From assembly GCF_000829235.1 (NCBI RefSeq), contig NZ_AP012549.1:690001-722000 (forward strand): a stretch of 32,000 nucleotides of DNA, read 5' to 3'. Each line of letters opens with the position of its first letter. The stretch's first letter is position 1. This document shows positions 28,069-32,000 of this stretch, in pieces. Made by a program: the position numbers and the translations under genes. This stretch comes from a cyanobacterium endosymbiont of Epithemia turgida isolate EtSB Lake Yunoko. GTDB lineage: Bacteria; Cyanobacteriota; Cyanobacteriia; Cyanobacteriales; Microcystaceae. The notes beneath the pieces were generated by a model. That model was not told the origin of the DNA, ran no database searches, and saw only the letters and a list, made by a program, of their open reading frames with translations.

Positions 28069-28500
28069 ATGTTTGATTTTGATGCAACTATGCCTTTAAT
28101 GGCTTTGCAATTTGTTCTCTTGGCAGTTATCCTCAATGGAATTTTTTACAAACCCTTGAATAAAGCATTAGATGAGCGAGCAGATTATATTCGTCAGAAA
28201 GAGACTGACGAAAAGAAGCGTTTAGCTAAAGCTAAGGAATTGTCCCTACAATATGAAGCGCATCTTGCTGACGCGCGTAAGCGGTCTCAAGAGATAATCG
28301 CACACGCTCAGGCTGAAGCACAAAAAATGACAGCAAAAACTTTAGCTAATGCTCAACAAAAAGCTCAAGAGGAAAAAGAGAAAGCCGCCCAAGAAATAAC
28401 CCAACAACGCCAAGAAGCACTGGTTGTTCTAGAACAACAGGTTGATACCCTCAGCCGTCAAATTCTAGAAAAACTTCTAGGGACTGAATTGGTAAATTAA
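28069..28500 (+). CDS. atpG: F0 ATP synthase subunit b'
   Basis: 143-aa [43 protein letters not shown] is followed by a long charged coiled coil. Its position between c and b is typical of subunit b' (cyanobacterial atpG). Confidence 0.9.
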   Translation: MFDFDATMPLMALQFVLLAVILNGIFYKPLNKALDERADYIRQKETDEKKRLAKAKELSLQYEAHLADARKRSQEIIAHAQAEAQKMTAKTLANAQQKAQEEKEKAAQEITQQRQEALVVLEQQVDTLSRQILEKLLGTELVN

Positions 28501-28537
28501 ATCTACCATCGATTGAGTTTTAACTAGCAAAATACGT

Positions 28538-29074
28538 ATGATCGATTCTTTTTTTATATTAGCTACAGAAGCCCATGAAGCTGCTAAAAGCTGGTTCGGC
28601 TTAGATTCTAATCTTCTGGAAACGAACCTTCTTAATCTTGCTATTCTTATTGGGGTGTTGGTATTCTACGGCAGCAAAGTTTTGAAAACCGTCTTAAATG
28701 AGCGGCAACTGCAGATTGCTGATGCTATTCAAGAAGCTGAAGAGCGCCAACGCAAAGCAGCTACTGCTTTAGAAAAGGAACAGCAGAAATTAACGCAAGC
28801 TCAAGCTGAAGCTGAACGAATGTATCAAAGGGCTAAAGACAGAGCTGCTGCCCTAGCTGACGAAATTACAGAAAAAAGTAGGCAAGATATGGAGCGTCTT
28901 AAAGAGACAGCTGCAGCTGACCTTAGTAGGGAGCAAGAACGAGTTATTGCTCAATTGAACAAACAAATTGTTCAAATAGCCCTCAATAAAGCGGAAAGCC
29001 AACTCAAAGAACAGGTCAATGAGGATATACAACAGCTCCTAATTGACCGTAGTATCGCTCAATTAGGAGGTTAA
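28538..29074 (+). CDS. atpF: F0 ATP synthase subunit b
   Basis: 178-aa ORF with a single N-terminal transmembrane helix (LLNLAILIGVLVFYG) followed by a long Ala/Glu/Gln-rich helix. Confidence 0.9.
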   Translation: MIDSFFILATEAHEAAKSWFGLDSNLLETNLLNLAILIGVLVFYGSKVLKTVLNERQLQIADAIQEAEERQRKAATALEKEQQKLTQAQAEAERMYQRAKDRAAALADEITEKSRQDMERLKETAAADLSREQERVIAQLNKQIVQIALNKAESQLKEQVNEDIQQLLIDRSIAQLGG

Positions 29075-29077
29075 TTA

Positions 29078-29635
29078 ATGAAAGGTTCCCTCATTAGTAC
29101 TGCGATTGCCGAACCTTACGCTCAGGCCTTGATGTCAGTGGCTTTGAGCCACGATCTTGCCGATGCCTTTGGGGAAGAATGCCGGTCTTTAGTCACCTTA
29201 CTAGAAAAGTCCCCTGATTTGGAAGCATTTATTGCTTCTCCAGTGATCAAAGAAATAGATAAAAAAACTGTTTTGGGAAAAATCATGGGAGAAGGTACTA
29301 ATTTGTATCTACTAAATTTTTTGATGTTGTTGATAGATAAACGGCGGATTATCTTTCTTGAAAAAATTTGTCGGCAGTATCTTACCCTATTGCGGAAGTT
29401 AACCAATACCGTTTTAGCCGAAGTTACTTCAGCCCACAAATTAAGCAGCGAACAAAGTGAGTCTATAGCCAACAAAATTGAAGAACTTACTGGTGCGCAA
29501 GGCGTGGAAATCAAGACTAGAATTGATCCCAACTTGATTGGGGGTATCACTATTAAAGTAGGGTCTCAAGTCTTTGATGCCAGCCTTCGAGGACAACTAC
29601 GCCGTGTCAGTCTTAGCCTAGGCGGTATTGCTTAG
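29078..29635 (+). CDS. atpD: F1 ATP synthase subunit delta (OSCP)
   Basis: 185-aa ORF with a GGAGG Shine-Dalgarno sequence. It contains [13 protein letters not shown] at the N-terminus and [23 protein letters not shown] at the C-terminus. The gene is named atpD in cyanobacteria and atpH in E. coli. Confidence 0.9.
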   Translation: MKGSLISTAIAEPYAQALMSVALSHDLADAFGEECRSLVTLLEKSPDLEAFIASPVIKEIDKKTVLGKIMGEGTNLYLLNFLMLLIDKRRIIFLEKICRQYLTLLRKLTNTVLAEVTSAHKLSSEQSESIANKIEELTGAQGVEIKTRIDPNLIGGITIKVGSQVFDASLRGQLRRVSLSLGGIA

Positions 29636-29683
29636 GTTATTTGTGTTTCATTCTATTTATTCGACTTCTAGAACAACTTAACT

Positions 29684-31195
29684 ATGTTTAGTATCAGACC
29701 CGACGAAATTAGCAGCATTATTCGCCAGCAAATTGAATCCTACGATCAAACTGTAACGGTTTCTAATGTAGGAACAGTGCTTCAAGTAGGAGATGGAACT
29801 GCCCGTATTTATGGCTTAGAACAAGCCATGGCTGGAGAACTTCTTGAATTTGAAGATGGAACTATCGGAATCGCTCTCAACCTTGAAGAAGATAACGTTG
29901 GGGCCGTATTAATGGGAACCGGTCTCGATATTCAAGAAGGAAGTACCGTTAAAGCCACCGGAAAAATTGCACAAGTTCCCGTAGGGGAAGCAATGATAGG
30001 ACGGGTGGTTGATTCCCTAGGTCGCCCTATTGATGGTAAAGGGGATATAAACACTTCTGAAACTCGTCTAATCGAATCAATGGCCCCTGGGATTATTGCT
30101 CGTAAATCAGTTTGTGAGCCCATGCAAACAGGGATTACAGCTATTGATGCGATGATTCCTGTGGGACGGGGACAACGAGAATTGATTATCGGTGATCGTA
30201 AAACTGGAAAAACGGCAATTGCGATTGATAGCATCATTAATCAGAAGTCCGAAGACGTAATCTGTGTCTATGTAGCAATTGGACAAAAAGCGTCTACTGT
30301 CGCCCAGGTAATAAGAACCCTCGAAGACAATGGTGCGATGGACTACACCATAGTCGTTGCCGCTAACGCAAATGATCCAGCTACATTACAGTATCTTGCC
30401 CCCTATACAGGAGCCACCCTCGCTGAATACTTTATGTATAGGGGCAAAGCTACCCTGGTCATTTACGATGACCTCTCCAAACAAGCTCAAGCTTACCGTC
30501 AGTTATCTTTGCTACTAAGACGTCCTCCTGGTCGGGAAGCTTATCCTGGTGATGTGTTCTATATCCACTCTCGTTTATTAGAACGTGCGGCAAAACTTAG
30601 CGATAAGCTCGGTGGTGGTAGTATGACAGCGTTACCCGTGATTGAAACTCAAGCAGGTGACGTTTCTGCTTACATTCCTACTAACGTAATTTCTATTACT
30701 GACGGACAGATTTTCCTTTCCAGCGATCTGTTTAACTCAGGTTTTCGTCCCGCTATTAACGCAGGGATTTCAGTAAGCAGGGTAGGATCTGCGGCTCAGA
30801 CCAAGGCCATGAAAAAGGTTGCTGGTAAATTGAAGCTAGAATTGGCACAATTTGCTGAACTAGAAGCCTTCTCCCAGTTTGCCTCTGACTTAGATGCCAC
30901 CACTCAGTCTCAACTGTCACGGGGTCAACGGTTACGTCAAGTATTGAAGCAGCCTGAAAATTCCCCCTTAGCAGTGTGGGAACAGGTAGCAATTTCCTAT
31001 GCAGGGTTAAATGGTTATCTTGATGAAATTGCTGTGGAGAAGGTGACTGAATTTACTATGGGACTACGGAACTATATTAAAACCAGTAAAGCCAAATTTA
31101 CTGAGATCGTTGGAACTGAAAAACAACTTACCGATGAAGCAGAAAGCCTCCTCAAAGAAGCTATCAAGGAACATAAACAGACCTTTGCCGCGTAA
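29684..31195 (+). CDS. atpA: F1 ATP synthase subunit alpha
   Basis: 503-aa ORF with the P-loop GDRKTGKT and the segments [47 protein letters not shown] and [31 protein letters not shown]. Confidence 0.97.
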   Translation: MFSIRPDEISSIIRQQIESYDQTVTVSNVGTVLQVGDGTARIYGLEQAMAGELLEFEDGTIGIALNLEEDNVGAVLMGTGLDIQEGSTVKATGKIAQVPVGEAMIGRVVDSLGRPIDGKGDINTSETRLIESMAPGIIARKSVCEPMQTGITAIDAMIPVGRGQRELIIGDRKTGKTAIAIDSIINQKSEDVICVYVAIGQKASTVAQVIRTLEDNGAMDYTIVVAANANDPATLQYLAPYTGATLAEYFMYRGKATLVIYDDLSKQAQAYRQLSLLLRRPPGREAYPGDVFYIHSRLLERAAKLSDKLGGGSMTALPVIETQAGDVSAYIPTNVISITDGQIFLSSDLFNSGFRPAINAGISVSRVGSAAQTKAMKKVAGKLKLELAQFAELEAFSQFASDLDATTQSQLSRGQRLRQVLKQPENSPLAVWEQVAISYAGLNGYLDEIAVEKVTEFTMGLRNYIKTSKAKFTEIVGTEKQLTDEAESLLKEAIKEHKQTFAA

Positions 31196-31300
31196 TTGAC
31201 CATAAATAAGTCAGTGGTTAGTCATTTCCTGACGAACGAGAAGGAGGGCTAACCACCCATGACCCCTTATGAATAATTAATCCCACAAAAAATAAAAAAT

Positions 31301-32000
31301 ATGCCTAACCTCAAAGCTATCCGTGATCGGATTAAATCAGTCAAAAATACAAAAAAAATTACTGAGGCTATGCGTCTGGTAGCCGCCGCTAAGGTTCGCC
31401 GAGCTCAAGAACAGGTAATGTCTACTCGTCCCTTTGCTGATAATTTAGCCAATGTTCTTTATAATTTGCTCAACCGTCTTAAGTATGAGGATGTGAGTTT
31501 ATCTCTATTGCAACAAAGACAGGTTAAAACCGTGGCTGTAGTTGTTGTCTCAGGTGATCGGGGGTTATGTGGTGGATACAACTCTTATGTGATTCGCCGT
31601 GCAGAACAACGCCAAAAAGAATTAGAAGCTCAAGGACTTGATTATTGTTTCATCACCATTGGAAACAAAGCGACTCAATATTTTTCTCGTCGCAAGGTCC
31701 CCATTCTAAGCAAGTACACGGGATTAAATCAAATTCCTACAGCCAATGAAGCTATATCTATTGCTGACGAGTTGCTGTCTCTATTTTTATCAGAAACAGT
31801 TGACCGAGTAGAGTTAATTTACACTCGTTTCGTTTCTGTTATAAGTTCTCGTCCGGTGATTCAAACTTTGCTACCTTTGACTCTTCAGGGGTTGGAAGTT
31901 GAAGATGATGAAATGTTCCGCTTAATTACCCGCGAAGGGAGATTAGGCGTAGAAAGGGAAACGATTACTCAAGAGATCGAGATCTTCCCTCAAGATATGA
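31301..32000 (+). CDS. atpC: F1 ATP synthase subunit gamma, truncated by the window end
   Basis: My own translation from ATG 31301 gives [49 protein letters not shown]...[14 protein letters not shown]... The frame stays open to the window edge (233 codons). It is absent from the ORF track because it has no stop in the window. Confidence 0.93.
   Translation, partial: MPNLKAIRDRIKSVKNTKKITEAMRLVAAAKVRRAQEQVMSTRPFADNLANVLYNLLNRLKYEDVSLSLLQQRQVKTVAVVVVSGDRGLCGGYNSYVIRRAEQRQKELEAQGLDYCFITIGNKATQYFSRRKVPILSKYTGLNQIPTANEAISIADELLSLFLSETVDRVELIYTRFVSVISSRPVIQTLLPLTLQGLEVEDDEMFRLITREGRLGVERETITQEIEIFPQDM

Noticed and set aside
29122-30992. Antisense ORFs inside atpD/atpA (29122-29550, 29932-30237, 30756-30992), and similar ones opposite or inside other genes (448-732, 866-1099, 1931-2167, 22020-22226, 23086-23304, 27752-27964, 17167-17373).
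   Set aside because: Each lies within or opposite a strongly supported conserved gene or pseudogene. They lack recognisable motifs and ribosome-binding sites, and their compositions (Ser/Arg/Ile-rich) are typical of shadow frames.

Overview
This is AT-rich cyanobacterial DNA that appears to be in an advanced state of reductive decay. About half of the 32 kb, roughly 16.3 kb by my coordinate arithmetic, lies in intact-looking genes. These are recJ, thf1, an IMPase/CysQ-family gene, gcvH, an SLH-domain lipoprotein, an RRM RNA-binding protein, rpiA, miaB, a COP23-like protein, a DUF2301-like membrane protein, mutM, and a complete cyanobacterial-order F-type ATP synthase operon (atp1-atpI-atpH-atpG-atpF-atpD-atpA-atpC, with atpC running off the window). 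The remainder is ORF-free AT-rich spacer and recognisable gene wrecks. The most informative wrecks are an unambiguous psbA (PSII D1) pseudogene and a psaE (PSI) pseudogene. Others are remnants of nfu, a Rieske-type protein, a D-2-hydroxyacid dehydrogenase, two TPR proteins, a DUF4912-like protein, an amidohydrolase, and an unidentified small gene with two in-frame stops. Dead photosystem genes beside an intact ATP synthase operon and housekeeping genes fit a non-photosynthetic, host-dependent cyanobacterium of the Cyanothece/Crocosphaera type, such as a diatom spheroid body. That assignment is inference only, because I could not run any search. I found no tRNA, rRNA, CRISPR array, transposase or defence-like cassette. 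Beyond the gene decay, the noteworthy structures are several long perfect hairpins or palindromes inside the decayed spacers and a nested inverted repeat immediately after atpH. Pseudogene borders are approximate. All product names rest on motif recognition from memory, not on database hits.
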